This document shows, piece by piece, positions 13,401 through 26,647 of a stretch of 64,000 nucleotides of DNA; position 1 is the stretch's first letter, and the number at the start of each line of letters is the position of its first letter. The notes under the pieces were generated by a model that was not told the DNA's origin, did not search any database, and worked only from the letters and a program-made list of their open reading frames with translations. Origin of the DNA: Stylophora pistillata. Its lineage: Eukaryota. The position numbers and the translations under genes are program-made. The stretch lies in assembly GCF_002571385.2 (NCBI RefSeq), contig NW_019217838.1, forward strand, positions 435,584 through 499,583, given 5' to 3'.

Positions 13401-16400
13401 ATACTAAATGTAAATACATGTAGGTAATTTTGTATGCATAACTTCATTAATTTATTTTGTCAGTTGTAGATCCTTTCTCAAAAATTATTACATTTCTTGC
13501 ATCCTATTACCAGGATATTTTAGATATTTGCGTATCCTGCTGAATGCTAGAGTTCCATCCAGCCTAGAGCCATCTACCGTCCCCCCTACTCAAATGGCTG
13601 CTGCCATCAGAGACTTAGTGCTGAGCCCTCTTCACTTCAGCAGCCAATCCAGTCATGGAGAAGAATCAATGTTTACTGCAAATGATAGGTACATTGTATT
13701 TTCCTTCCTTTTTGTACTCTTTCCCTCTTCTTCCCATCACTAATTCAGCACTACTTGGCTTCTTTAATATCAAATTTTCCCAAATAAATGCTTCTAAAGA
13801 ATCAATAGTGAGCATAGAGAAAATTTTTAAATTTGTTGATGGTTAAAACCATGTACCCCTTAGGTTGACTAGCATCTAATTTCTCCTAACAATATCAACC
13901 ATGAATCAAACATTATGGTCACAAGAATAAAGAAAATGATCATCCACTCCACTATAGAAGCTCTGGATTGTTAAACAAGTTCTCCTTGTTAGCACCTCAT
14001 GAAATATATATTACAAATGTTTGATTCATGGTTGATATTGTTAGGAGAAATTAGATGCTAATCACCCTAAGGGGTATAATTGTGGTTTTAACCATTATCA
14101 AATTTAAAAATTTTCTCTATGCTCACTACTAATTCTCAGCATTTATTTCAATTGGGAAAATGTGGAAGTGAAATGGTTTCAAAAAAATAATGCCAAGAAA
14201 ATTTTATTAAGTTTCAACACAGATCTTTTTAGTTATCCCAAAACTCAGATATTTCTGTCAGTAACAGCTGTGATTCATTTTTTTTCCTTAGGTTTCATGT
14301 AAAACTGTTTAAACTTAGTTGATTTTCATAATTATTTTTTTGTAGATTATGGTATAATATATATGAGAGAAAAAAAGCCTTTTTTGAAACAAAATTGAAT
14401 TTCTTTGACACAAACATGAAATGAACCAATATAATTATGTTTAATATCTCAAGGAATGAAAACAGCCAAAATGAAGTTTATCAATTTTTATTTTTCCCCC
14501 CAGGCATGTAGTACTTTCAGCACTCATTTCTGACATCTTCTGTCCTGAAATGACAGAGCAGATCATGTGCTTTTTGCTACCTTCAATGGCTGACCAATCT
14601 GCAAGATTTCCTTTTAGTCAATTGTTAGAGACTCTCCTGAAATTATTAACAAAGGCTGATGAATCAGGGGGGACCAACACCAAGATCACCCCCACACCCT
14701 GGCTGCTGTATGGAGTCTTAGCATTTGTTGATAACCATTTAGGTATGTATACCTGTGTACTGTGTTCTATAGTAATTCTGCATTTATTTATTTCAACAAT
14801 TATCTGTTATGTTTTCAGGGTCATCTTCAGATCTTTCTGTAGTTAAATGCTACATTCAAGTCCTTCAGATCCTTTTAGTACAGCTCCCTCATCCAGGTAA
14901 ACAACTTTAAATACAACATTTGCACAATGACACCAACTGATTACATGTACATGCATGTACCAATTGAAACTTCATTTGATACTATTCCTTTTAGATTTAA
15001 ATTTGGTAATCCNNNNNNNNNNNAGGAAATATTTCCATTATTATAACTCCACCCAGGCATGTAGTACTTTCAGCACTCATTTCTGACATCTTCTGTCCTG
15101 AAATGACAGAGCAGATCATGTGCTTTTTGCTACCTTCAATGGCTGACCAATCTGCAAGATTTCCTTTTAGTCAATTGTTAGAGACTCTCCTGAAATTATT
15201 AACAAAGGCTGATGAATCAGGGGGGACCAACACCAAGATCACCCCCACACCCTGGCTGCTGTATGGAGTCTTAGCATTTGTTGATAACCATTTAGGTATG
15301 TATACCTGTGTACTGTGTTCTATAGTAATTCTGCATTTATTTATTTCAACAATTATCTGTTATGTTTTCAGGGTCATCTTCAGATCTTTCTGTAGTTAAA
15401 TGCTACATTCAAGTCCTTCAGATCCTGTTAGTACAGCTCCCTCATCCAGGTAAACAACTTTAAATACAACATTTGCACAATGACACCAACTGATTACATG
15501 TACATGCATGTACCAATTGAAACTTCATTTGATACTATTCCTTTTAGATTTAAATTTGGTAATCCCAGTGGGTTTGGAAAACAATGTTGCTAGTTTACTA
15601 AAATTAATGGCAAAGTTAAAAAAGGTGTCTATTTTTTCAAGAAAAAAAATCTTCTAGCTATAGCTTTTACATTAATTTTAATTATGACAGTATGGCATGT
15701 ATGCAGTTACATGTTTTTTCTAGTTTCTCAAGAGTCAGATGATGAAGATGAGAGTGATTCAGAAATGGAGACAGATTCGTCACAGGCAAGTAAAAATTCT
15801 GAATTGCGTCAGTGTAAAATTTAAATGTACATGTATGTTCAACTGTATTTCTATAAACAGGAAATTTCTGTCACCCCAATCTCACCTCAGTTTATTGTGA
15901 TTTTTTGCTAAGCTAAATATATTCCTACAAATTTAAAATTCTTTCTGACGAGGAACAAACCCAGGTACGGTTAAGGCCATTCTTCTACAGGAAGTTTTTG
16001 AGTGATACTCCTCGTATCATCATGTAATAATTAATTTATTTTTATTTTTTCCATTTGATTTCTTTCACTAACAGCATCACACTTTGCATTTATTGACTGT
16101 TGGCTTAAAAGATGAAATAATGTTGTTGTGTTTCACAGTCATCTCTAGAAGGCCTTAAAGAAAAATGCTTGGATATCCTTGATTCTAAAGAACATGTTAA
16201 GACTTTGGAATCACTGTTAACAAGGTACACCCATGTAATGAGTTCATTTTAACTTGTTTTTCCTGAGAGAATTTTATCAACTTCAAAATTTTGAATTTAG
16301 AGCAATACTGAAAGCATAAATAGATATTAAGATATTTTCATTGTGTTTCTAGACACAAAGAACTGGCTCATGAGGAAGAAGTTATCAGAGCTCTTTGTAA

Positions 16401-19400
16401 TATTTGTCATTTCCTGATGTCTGAGAGCAGACTTCCTATACACAAGACAAGGTATGTGGTTTTAAATAAATTCCCAGATTTTTTGCATCTCATGAGCTTT
16501 GTAGGGGAGGGAGGGGGGATGCTGTCGCATCAATGTTGGTGTGAGAGGGATTGAGATTCCAGCCGAAGGTGGATCATTATGTTGTGTTCTTGGGTAAAGA
16601 ACAAATGTTTGATAGCACCAATCTCCACCAAGGAGTGGGAATGTGTAACAGTGAACTGTAAGAGGGATTTTAGGGGAAATGACGGTAGGCTGCAGTGTAC
16701 TTCCCATCAAGGTTGTATAAGAATAGTAATATTCATGGTAACACATGACATGATTGTTATGACACCCAAGACAACCACTGGCATTGCAGGCCACTTAACC
16801 TATAAGGAGACCTAAACACTGCAGCTTACAAATAAAGACTGGTAGACATGCATTGTTGTTATACATAGAATTAGTGAAGTCTATCTTGAATTACATATTA
16901 CACACTTATTAATTATCCAGTGCAGTTATCAGCATGCAACTAATTTATTTTTTCTTCATATGCTAGGATTCTATACACTCTGGCCCTGAGTCCAGCATTC
17001 GTGAGAGAACTCTGGAATAATGTACAGTCAGTTACAGTTTTTACCAGTACAGGGTAAGTTGGACTGTCAAGGTAGTGCAATGATTAGTTTAAATGGGGAA
17101 CTGATTTCTTTTTGTAAGAATATTCTTCATGGAAGCTACTTTAATTTGTGCAGCTGTGTTATTGTGATACATGTAGGACCCAAATGAATCACTTTAAGGC
17201 TTGAGATAACCATACTGGTACAGTAGTTTGTTCACAGAAAATTATATTAATTTTGCACACATTCTAGAAGATTTATTACTACGTGCTTACATGTAAAATT
17301 CCATTTTTTTCTAAATCTGATGTTTTTTCTTTCTATGTCTTACTTTGTTTTGTTTCGTTTGTTTTTTTTTTTTGTTTCAAACAGGAAAGAAATCCCCTTG
17401 TTAGATCTAATAACTCGCGGAACAGATCTTTCAACACAAGAAGCCAGTGCTATAACTCCACTGTTGTCTTTGTTGTCATCATTACTGAGCAGTACTTTGT
17501 TTTCTGTTCATGACAATGAATTTTATGGAGTAGAAGGTTAGCTGTGAAGCCTCAGCCAAACGTTTTTGAGACTGTAATATTGAAATGACTACATGTGCAC
17601 GTTGTAGATTTCCATCGGTGTAAAATGTACAATGTACATTGTGCTTGAACAAACCGATAAAACTGCTGCTCTCAAGAGATTCAGGCAGTCAGTCTGTCAG
17701 TCATTCAGCCAGTGTATCAGTCAGCCCATCAGCTAATCAACCAGTTGGTCAGTGAATGAGTCAGTCACTCAGGCGATCAGTGCTTTGATATGTGTCGTGC
17801 AATACCAGGAAATATTTCCATTATTATAACCTTCTATCGAGTAACGTCTGGATTGTAGTAAGATCATCAATCCTTCAAGCTCTACATTGGTAAAATCGTT
17901 ATATTTTGCAGGTCAAAGAAGTTCATTCATGCCATTCTCTCTCAAAGAAATCGAGCACATGTCTTCAGTCTTGTGTAACGTTGTGATAGGAATAATTGAG
18001 ATTATCTACCCAGATACAACCCCAGCTTTTACAGGGCAGTACCTTGCTGCTATGAAGAGTGTTGGAGCCAAGTCGGCCCTGATGAAAAAGGATGAATTTT
18101 ATCCCAAAGGAAAGTGGATCAAGCTTCTAAAGGTTGGTCTAGTATAACAGAGTAGAGTCCTGCACTTCTGATGAGGATTGCAACCTTTCTTTTGCATCCT
18201 GACCAGTCTTTATCGGGTGTCTTGCATGACTGTGCATAACTGGCAACGTTAGACTAAATATTATGATGTTAAATTGCTCATTAACCAGTATTTATTTCTT
18301 TGCACTACCAAGCTGTCATGCACTCTTAAGATAAATTTCTTAATTTCAGCCTTGTGTTATCCTCTAAAATGAAATGACTGTTTTCTCTCCTGTCTGATAG
18401 GACGTGACCTGCCTTGTTCGGCAGCTCCATTCACGAGACTCCAGGAGACAGTTCTGTCCTGAAGGCCATTGGTTGTCACACAAAGTTAACATAGATCCAG
18501 CTCAGGTAGACAAGATTCTTATTTTTTTTTCGGATACGCGATTGTTTAAAAAAAAATTGAGCTTTCAAAGTGAATTTCAGGACCTCCCTTTTATTATGCT
18601 TCAGTTTTTCATCTCATAGCAACGATGTGATTGTATTTTCACAATTTTGAGACAGCCTCACTTCCCATATTCTTTGTACTCGTTTTTGACCAATTGAAAA
18701 ATTTGTTCAATAGTTGGAAACCCTTGTTAGTTGACCATTTTCGTGTGTGATAACCAATCACACAGAAAACATGCTGTTCTTTTAAAACAATTTAGGAGCA
18801 CAATTAATACCATTCCTGAAGCCAGTGCGTTTTCCCGCGCCGGTTTTGCTCTGCTCATTCGATCATTTCCGTGTGTTCTTTAATATCTCTGATTATAAAT
18901 GTTTGCACTCGTAAACCTTTTTTAAAACTTTTAAACCGTTTAACTCGATAGTGTAAACTGATGAAACTGTTTTTCGCTTTTATCTTTCGAACAGATGAAA
19001 ATTGACGGTTTTCTCAATGAAGAAGGTAATTTATGATTCTTTGTCTACAATATAGAGCTGCAGGCGTCTGATTATTAACTGTATCTGTAGTGGCTAAGCA
19101 AGATATAGATATGCACATTTCACTTGAAGTACAAAAAATCCCGTCTTTTAGTGCCAAAGCTTTGGGGTTGAAATGATCTAAGGAGAATTCGAGAAACATT
19201 CCGCACATTCAGGTGGTCTTGTAATCCGGATGTTTTGTTCTCCTTCGCAGCCATTTTATGGATTTTCAGGCAACGCTCCCGTTGTAACATCCCAAAAAAC
19301 GGTTTCGTGGAGATTAATGGCCCTCTTGTTCTTGTTCATGATCGACTTAAGGGAAGGATGCTATCCACGTCATTTTATCGGTCTCCTTTGCATTTAATTA

Positions 19401-22400
19401 TTCACCTTTCATTAATTGTTTAGGTACCGTGGAAGGTGTTTTAGAACCAGGGTTATCGTCCAGCACAGCGAGGAACATGGCCATTCTTCAGCACATACCA
19501 TTTGTTGTTCCTTTTAAAGACCGGGTGAAGGTGAGACTGTTTTAGAAAGCGGTTTATGCACCAATTTTTAAATCGCGTCAAAAATAATCAGAGATTGCTC
19601 TGGTTGTATTTTTCTAAACCATATGATTGGTCCATAAATCTTGCGCAACCTTCCCAACCAATCATACAAAACCAAAATCACATCGCTACTTGTATTTTCC
19701 CGCCATTTACTTGTACCTTTTATCTAATTGGCTAATGATTGTGCTCACTATTATTTTGGTTTTACTATACTTCATCATTTCATGTGTTTTGTTTCTTAGC
19801 TGCTCCAGCGAATTGTGGCAAAAAATCGGCAAGATTCCCAAGGAGAGCTCCATAACTTTTTGATGGGATCAGCCATAGATGTGACAGTGAACAGAAACTA
19901 CATTTATCGAGATGCTTTTGATCAACTGACCGAAGACAAAGGTCAGTAGAAATGAACAGAAAGTGACTTTATTTGGAGTGAGATGTCAAAACTTTGTCAC
20001 GAGCGCGGGATAGATATTAAAACTGAGTTCCCACAAGGCTAAGAACCACAGACGTTCCCATTTTGGATGCTCTTCTTTCACAGTACTCGTGTTGAGCCAT
20101 GTCTTACCCTAGATTCATATGTATCAAGTGTCCTGTAAACTGATGAGGTAGATGGGTAACTTTTGGGTCGGTCGTGGATTTTAAAATAATTGGTGGGTCT
20201 TTAAGGGAAGCATCCTTGTTACTCTAACGACTATTATAGTTTGAGACTGCGTTTCCTCTTGCAGCTCCAAATTTAAGACAAAAGCTTCGTGTTCGGATGA
20301 TTAAAGCGCAGGGACTAGAGGAAGCTGGCGTTGATGGGGGCGGAATTTTCAGGTGAGTGAGCGATCGTTGGATAAAAAAACATTGCATAACTTTCCGTCT
20401 TCTTGATTTTCACCAGAAAGACTCGCTTTCACTTGAGGCGGGATACGTTTTGATGCCCTCGTCAGACGATTTGAATTTCTTAAGTCTGTTCGTTAACTTG
20501 AAAACTTATGAGATGGAAATTTTGCGAACGTCGCGCCCATACACTCAGCTGACGGTAAGCGTTTTGTGCACTTTGTGCCACTCGTCAACAATGTTCGTAT
20601 CTCTACGAACTGTAGTTTACCGACAACAGCCCTTTTCAGGACTACACTGACCCGGAAGATCAGACCACACTATCACATTTACCCCCGGGTTCAAAAAACT
20701 TAACTATGGAACGACATAGGGTTATATACTAAGCCTTTAACTCCAGTTACTTTACTTTTTTAATCTGAGTCAACCAAACATGAATTTTTCCCTTTTTGTC
20801 CTACCTTTTCTACAGGGAATTTTTAAATCAGTTGCTCAAAGCTGGATTTGATCCTAACATCGGTTTCTTCAAGGCAACACATGAACGGTTGCTCTATCCA
20901 AATCCAGAGGTATGTAAGTCGTCCGGCTAGTTGCTCTCCCTTTTAGGTGCTATTCATTTCCTTGTTAATTAGTTGAGAGAATTTGGCGTTACACCAAGAT
21001 ACCGCCATTTTGCTCAATTTATATTTTAGATATCACTTTTATCTGTTTGATTTACCCAGGCTGCTATTTTAGCAAGAGATTAACTGAAGCACTATCATTT
21101 CCTGGGAAGAATGTTAGGAAAGGTTCGTCGCAAATAAATAGAGTAAACATTTACAGTTTTTTTATCGCTTGAACTTATTTCTTGCTTTTCATTTGTTTGT
21201 TTCTTTTCCCCTTTCTCTTTGACATTTATGACGTTTTTATTTGTTTTAATCTTGCACGAATGGCTTAAACTAACAGTGCGACTACTGATACCAACGTTAC
21301 TTACACAAAATTGTCCGTTCTAAATACAGGTAACAACCAGAAAATTATGAATTCCAGCTGAGTTCTTTATCTTTGTGATCTTTACTTCCCTTTTTCCTAA
21401 ATTGGCTAATTTAGTTGTGATCATTGTTTCCTTCTTGTGATGTGATTGATTAATTTGTTTCATTTAAGTGAAACGGGAATGGAAGTGGTACTGAAACTTA
21501 AAGTACTCGATCATTACTTCTTTTCAATCAGTGCGAAAGTTAGTTGAGGTAGAGGGCGGGTTTTCGTATCCCAGCTGCGCCGCGACAAAAATTGCAATTG
21601 TTCAGAATCAATAGAAGATTTGATAGAGGATGGTTCCATGACTCGTCGCACCAGGATATTTTAATCATTTTTAGTTTGGTTTTTTTGTCTGTTTGTTTGT
21701 TTGTTTGTTTATTTAGGCGTTGTATGAAAATATGTTGGTGGAGCTACCGTTTGCGAGCTTCTTTCTGTGTAAACTTCTCAGTAAACACGGCACCGATGTA
21801 GATATACATCACCTGGAGTCGCTTGATCCAGAAATGTACAGGTACGCTGTGTGTTCTACTGACAATTGACATAGAGAGCCTCGGTTAGTTTGTGTAGCTA
21901 GGAAAAGGCGAGGATGAGAAAGAAAATTGTCTTGAAAACAAAGTTTTAGTTCAAGAATGATTTCCAGTAAAAATAGAATATCTCAACTCGATATTAGAGT
22001 CGCGGTCAACTAGCAATATTGTTAGGTGTGATAACTAGATGTGTAACATAGGAATACATGTTCGTGTACCCCTTTAATTCCAAGGAGTGACTAGCTTCTA
22101 ATTTCTCCTTACATTATCACCCTTGAGTTAAATGTAACGGTTATGAGAATAAAGAAAACGATCACTAATTTGGGAAGCTCCTGGTTGTCTCACAAATTCT
22201 CCTCGTCAGAACCCCCCAAAAAATGTAAAGAGAACAGAGTGGGGAATGTGAATAATACTATTAGGGTGTAATGGGTTGATGTAGCTTGGAAAAAGCTTGG
22301 ATGCTTAAAAGCCGTTATATATCGTGGGCTCCAAGTTATTACTGTAAAAAGCTTCTTGAAAGTTGGCGACAGATGATACTACACAGGTATTCTGCTGAAC

Positions 22401-24882
22401 CTCGCTAGATAATTGACTAAAGAGTTAAAGATTTCTTTTAACATTTCTACAGTTTATTTTGATACAACGAAGCGAAAGATTTATGTTCTATTTGAATTCT
22501 TTCGTTTAGAAACTTGCTGTTTCTCAAAAATTACAGTGGAAATGTCGAAGACCTGTCTCTTAATTTCACAGTGGTGAATAACGACCTTGGGGAAAGTCAG
22601 GTAATTCGAGTGGCTAGCTTTCATGTGATTGTTTGCCCTCCTGGAATCCCCTTTCCTTCCATTTCTCCCAAATTTCAGCGAAACACTGGTCCCCCGCCCA
22701 CCCCACCCATTCTGCCCACGCCTCTGAGGCCATTCTCAACCGTTGCTATACAGGTTGTGGAGCTAAAACCAGGTGGTCGAGATATTCCTGTCACAAACAG
22801 TAACAGAATCAGTTATATTCACCTTGTAGCTGATTACAGGCTGAACAAACAGGTCAGTCCGAGAACGTCTCTTTTTCTTAATTGTTCATTTTATCTTGTT
22901 ATCAAATCGATGCTTTGCTTACATCCATATTTTGTTTTGATGTCTATTACAATAGTCCTTTTTTTACAGTTGTGGGCTTGGTGGCCAAGCCTTTGAACAG
23001 GAGTGAGGCTTAGGGTGACCTTGTTATGATAGAGATGTTGCTGCTTTTCGAATGCAAATTACTTTGCATTCATGCTAACTAGATACAGGTCTCTATCACA
23101 ACAGGTTCACCCTTAGCCTCACTCCTGTCCAAAGGCCTGGCCACCAAGCCCACAACTGTAAAAGGGACTATTGGCTTGATTGTGGCAAACTTGAGATGTT
23201 AATGTAATCTTTCTGTTGCAATCTTCTTTTAGATTCATCGTCACTGTGTGGCATTCAGAGCAGGTCTGTCAGATGTCATCAACCTAGACTGGCTAAGGAT
23301 GTTTGATCATAACGAACTACAGGTAAATTTGCCTTATTTTGGTTTAGAGGAATATGGCGAGTCCCTTCGTGTCAGTTTCTCTTATTTATATATCTTATTA
23401 ACCAAGCGCGAGGGCCGTACTGGGAGAATATCGGCCCGAGGTCTTGACAGTACGGACCGAGCGCAGCGAGGTCCGTACAAAAAAGACCGAGGGCCGATAT
23501 TCTTCCAGTACGGTCCCGAGCAAGCTTGGTTGATAAGAGATTTATTATACGACGGAAGTTCAAAGGGACACAGGTGCGTTATCATTCGGGACCACTCGGG
23601 ACAGTGCCCGGTCCAATACTGAGAGAATATTGACCGACAATAGAGCCTTTTGATTGGTTGAATGTAGCTATTGGCCCTCTGACTGCCCGAGTCGTGTAAT
23701 AATTTTTATTATTATTATTATTTATAGGTTCTTATATCCGGTGCCTTAGTTCCAGTAGACCTCGAGGATCTCAAAAGAAACACAAACTATTCAGGTATAA
23801 GACTGTTGGTAGGATGATAATATCAATTGTTGATGGTTACGTAATATTATTCTGAGATCTCATTGGTTCGTTATTTTGCTTGGTTTGTTGTGACTGATTG
23901 TCACAACATCAAAGGTTATAGGGTTGCCTTCCCAGGTTAGGATTGGTGACTTAAAGGAAGGGTACGTTAGATTCATTGTTTGCGATGCGCAAAATTACCC
24001 TGATAGTTCAGGAAACCACATAGTATTTGTGTGATAAGATAGACAAATATCAAACCGAAAAGACTAAATGAAAAACGAAGTAGGTTAGTTAGGGGTAAAG
24101 AAGATCGACGCGAATTTTGATGATCGCCTTGAGAAAATTGTCAGGTAAATTCTCAAGAGGCTTAAGCCACGACGTAGATCGTTTGTCACGACATTAACAA
24201 CTCTTGTACGTTTCAGGTGGCTTTACTGAAGACCATCCTTGTATGCTTTCATTTTGGCGAGTTGTCAGTCAGTTCACGGATACACAGAAGCGTCAGCTGT
24301 TGAAATTTGTAACGAGCTGCTCGCGTCCTCCTCTCCTTGGTTTTAAGGTTAGTTAAGTCACTTGTTCCCTATACTTACATGCATGGCACAGGTGGGGTAC
24401 ATCCTCAATTAAGTTTAGGACCTGATTTCACCCTTGTCTTTCCTTTATCTTTCTTATCGAGGGAATAGGGATGGCTTAGTGTGAGAGCGCTGGCCTTCCG
24501 CCTCTGAAGCCTGGGTTCGATTCTCGAGCGTGACGTCATTGTTGTTAGTTTTCTTTCATGCTCCAAGGGTTTGTCTCTTAGTTCTACAGTTTTTTTTTTT
24601 TTTTTCAGCAAATCAGCAACATTCCTTGTTGCACTTCGAAGTGGAAACGGTGGAAGAGAAGAACCACTTCGGGGAGATATGACTGCTAAATTTTAACTTT
24701 TTGTTGTCCTTCAGGAACTCCACCCTCCATTCTGTGTGCACAGCGCGGGCCCTGAGGATAGACTTCCGTCAGCGAGCACATGTATGAACTTACTTAAATT
24801 ACCAGAGTATTTGGACGACGAAACCATGAAAGAAAAACTGTTATATGCTGTAGAATCAGGCGCGGGATTTGAACTGAGTTAA
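8330..24882 (+). CDS. UBE3C: Ubiquitin-protein ligase E3C (IQ motif + HECT domain), ~29 exons
   Basis: Exon 1 (8330-8395) reads [22 protein letters not shown], then [18 protein letters not shown] and the IQ motif IIIQSFLRG, matching the UBE3C N-terminus. HECT motifs: [66 protein letters not shown] and [15 protein letters not shown]...GAGFELS*. Exons traced with splice sites, e.g. 9522-9575, 9682-9756, 9924-10064, 11113-11225, 14504-14742, 24217-24347, 24715-24882. Confidence 0.95.
8997..9391 (+). mobile_element. Non-autonomous Crypton-like element in UBE3C intron 1
   Basis: Same layout as 62231-62782: inverted AAGGGGCAAAAT/ATTTTGCCCCTT enclosing ATGGCGTCCCGTTTT (MASRF), then a long GTAATC...GATTAC hairpin ending in ATACTAAT. 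Confidence 0.65.
10332..10515 (+). mobile_element. tRNA-derived SINE
   Basis: A-box TGGCGTAGTGG and B-box-like GTTCAATTCC, followed by a body (...TCCGGTTTTCCCCTCTCCTCAAAAACC). A degenerate relative is at ~24466-24610. Confidence 0.7.
10675..11035. mobile_element. Hairpin-ended interspersed element
   Basis: Terminal ~135 bp palindrome ATTACATGGCCGC...GCGGCCATGTAAT, preceded by a unique arm. Confidence 0.6.
11469..11706 (-). mobile_element. tRNA-derived SINE (minus strand)
   Basis: Minus strand GGAGGCGTGGTGGCCTCATGGTTAGTGTGCTCG...GGTTCGTACCC. A related degenerate copy is at ~16525-16815. Confidence 0.6.
12514..12830 (-). mobile_element. Family A element (copy 3), nested inside a piggyBac-like MITE (~12350-12886)
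   Basis: Reverse-complement match to 23386-23703. The flanks rejoin into the TTAA-MITE consensus. Confidence 0.8.
14499..15565 (+). repeat. ~514 bp direct duplication of two UBE3C exons across an 11-N gap (probable haplotype/assembly artefact)
   Basis: 14499-15012 matches 15052-15565 apart from one synonymous change that I could see (CTT/CTG Leu). Confidence 0.9.
17683..17782. repeat. Degenerate (CAGT)n microsatellite
   Basis: Directly visible. Confidence 0.7.
22951..23172. mobile_element. Palindromic MITE (~220 bp)
   Basis: AATAGTCC...ACAGTTGTGGGCTTGGTGGCCA...TGGCCACCAAGCCCACAACTGT...GGACTATT, with ~85 bp arms. Confidence 0.8.
23386..23703 (+). mobile_element. ~320 bp hairpin-ended interspersed element, family A (copy 1)
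   Basis: Highly similar copies at 60300-60617 (+) and 12514-12830 (-). A ~150 bp imperfect palindrome TTATTAACCAAGC...GCTTGGTT(G/A)ATAA lies at one end. Confidence 0.85.
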
Positions 24883-26647
24883 AGTGTCAAAATTGTCGTC
24901 ACTCGGTTAAACGCGAGGACCACCGCGACTTGGCCCTGCAGTACACTGATCGCGTTCTTGTGGAATGAGGAGAAATTCTCATTTAGTACGTTGTGATTGG
25001 TGGAAAGGAAGATGTGAAGACAAGCTCGCACGAGAATCATGTATCGACCAAATGTGATGTTGAAGCGTCTTCATGGAAGCTTTGGGAAAGGCCATGTACG
25101 GACTCGATCAGATCTACAATCCGAGTATCTAGTCACTAAAGATTTAAATGTGACCCAGCCGAAAAAGTATTACATGTCTTCTACTTCAAGCACAGCCGGG
25201 TAACCTTAGGGGTTTAAAGGGTCTCACGCTAGGCGCAAGGGTTTTATCCGAAAAGTCGGATCCGTACGGCATCAATGCCTGAGTAGTACGATTCTGAAGT
25301 AATGTGAGTTTTCGTATTTTATAAAGTTCTTTCTCGGCAGTTGTTGAAGTACTATTCAGAAAAATAGAAAAGTTTGTATTTATAGTGAATAACGTGCTGT
25401 AGGATTGACTGATTTTTATTTCCTGTTCAGTTAGGGAAGACTAACATTTGGAAATAAGGGAAGGGGAACAATGTGTTGAAACTCTTTTTTTCTTTCTTCT
25501 NNNNNNNNNNNNNNNNNNNNNNNNNNNNNNNNNNNNNNNNNNNNNNNNNNNNNNNNNNNNNNNNNNNNNNNNNNNATTCATTTAAACTGTAAGCTGCGTA
25601 ATGGTTTTTGTTGCGTAATCTTGTTTTGTGTCTCCCTTGATGAAAGTGACTCAAAGAGCCATGATAAAGTTCTTAATATTCTATTGCATTAACTGACGTG
25701 TAAGTTAAAGTGCCTTCACTGTTACCAAATCACTTGAACACTATTAATCAATCAAATTATTGAAAACGAACCGGACAGTGACTCTGGCTAAATCTGTCAG
25801 TGGTGCCAATCAGTGTTTAGGATCAAAGTAAGGAAAAGTGGCAAAGAATTAAGTTGGAACTCATTGCTGGTTTCCTATAATCGGGTTGCTGAGTTTTGTG
25901 TGAGGGATCCTGGTAACAGTAGACCCAGTGTAATTTGTCTCGTTACAGGAAACGTCGTGAATTTTTTTTTTTTTTGTGGCGACTAGAAAGTGATATTCTG
26001 TAATAAGTCAGAACGGTAATAAAATTCTAGATCATTATTGATCAGCAGTGGCCTAATTTAAGCACTCGTCAAAATTATGCCAGCAGACCCTCATTATTAG
26101 CGCTTGGATACGGAAAAGCATGAGGCCTTGAGCAACGTGACCCTGCGCGTGGTCTGCAAGGCATCTTGCGATGATGTTAGCGCCAGACCCCTCGGAAACC
26201 TCTCCACGACTCATCTCAAATCTTCCCGCGGGCAGGGAAATGCGCGTCCTGACAATACATCATCCCTTCCTGTCCCAATGGAAAATAGCGCTATACATGT
26301 GATTAGCAAGTCGGACTCCTGTCTAGCGGTGGTATACGACCTTTTTGTCGCTCGTATGATTACAAACCGAATTCGACTCCTCTTAGTCCTAAATTCATTA
26401 TTTATCTGTTCATTAGAACAGCTGAAATAGACCACCGACAAGAAACTTCTTTTTAATTGATAAGTTATTTGAATTTGTCATCACCTGATTGGTTGACGAG
26501 TAGAGAAAGATGTTTGCGAAATCATTTTGTTCAAAACTTATGGCAAAGTTGACAATTTCATCACACGTCTAGAAAAAGCTTTAAAAGGTTACTATATTTT
26601 TTTAGTTTCGTTTTAATTATAGGCCGAGCACAATTTATTGTCAAGCT

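Noticed and set aside
15057-15449. Apparent tandem exon duplication or mutually exclusive exons in UBE3C
   Set aside because: The copies flank an N-gap, appear identical even in intron sequence except one synonymous SNP, and including both would frameshift (phase 1 into phase 2). Most likely uncollapsed haplotypes.
18165-18195. CTGATGAG as a second hammerhead core (also ~20160 and ~49534)
   Set aside because: No downstream stem II plus GAAA.
23248-23622. Recurrent [13 protein letters not shown]... ORFs (also 12518-12862, 60267-60736)
   Set aside because: Chance ORFs in family A palindromic repeats. Only 23233-23322 is a real UBE3C exon.
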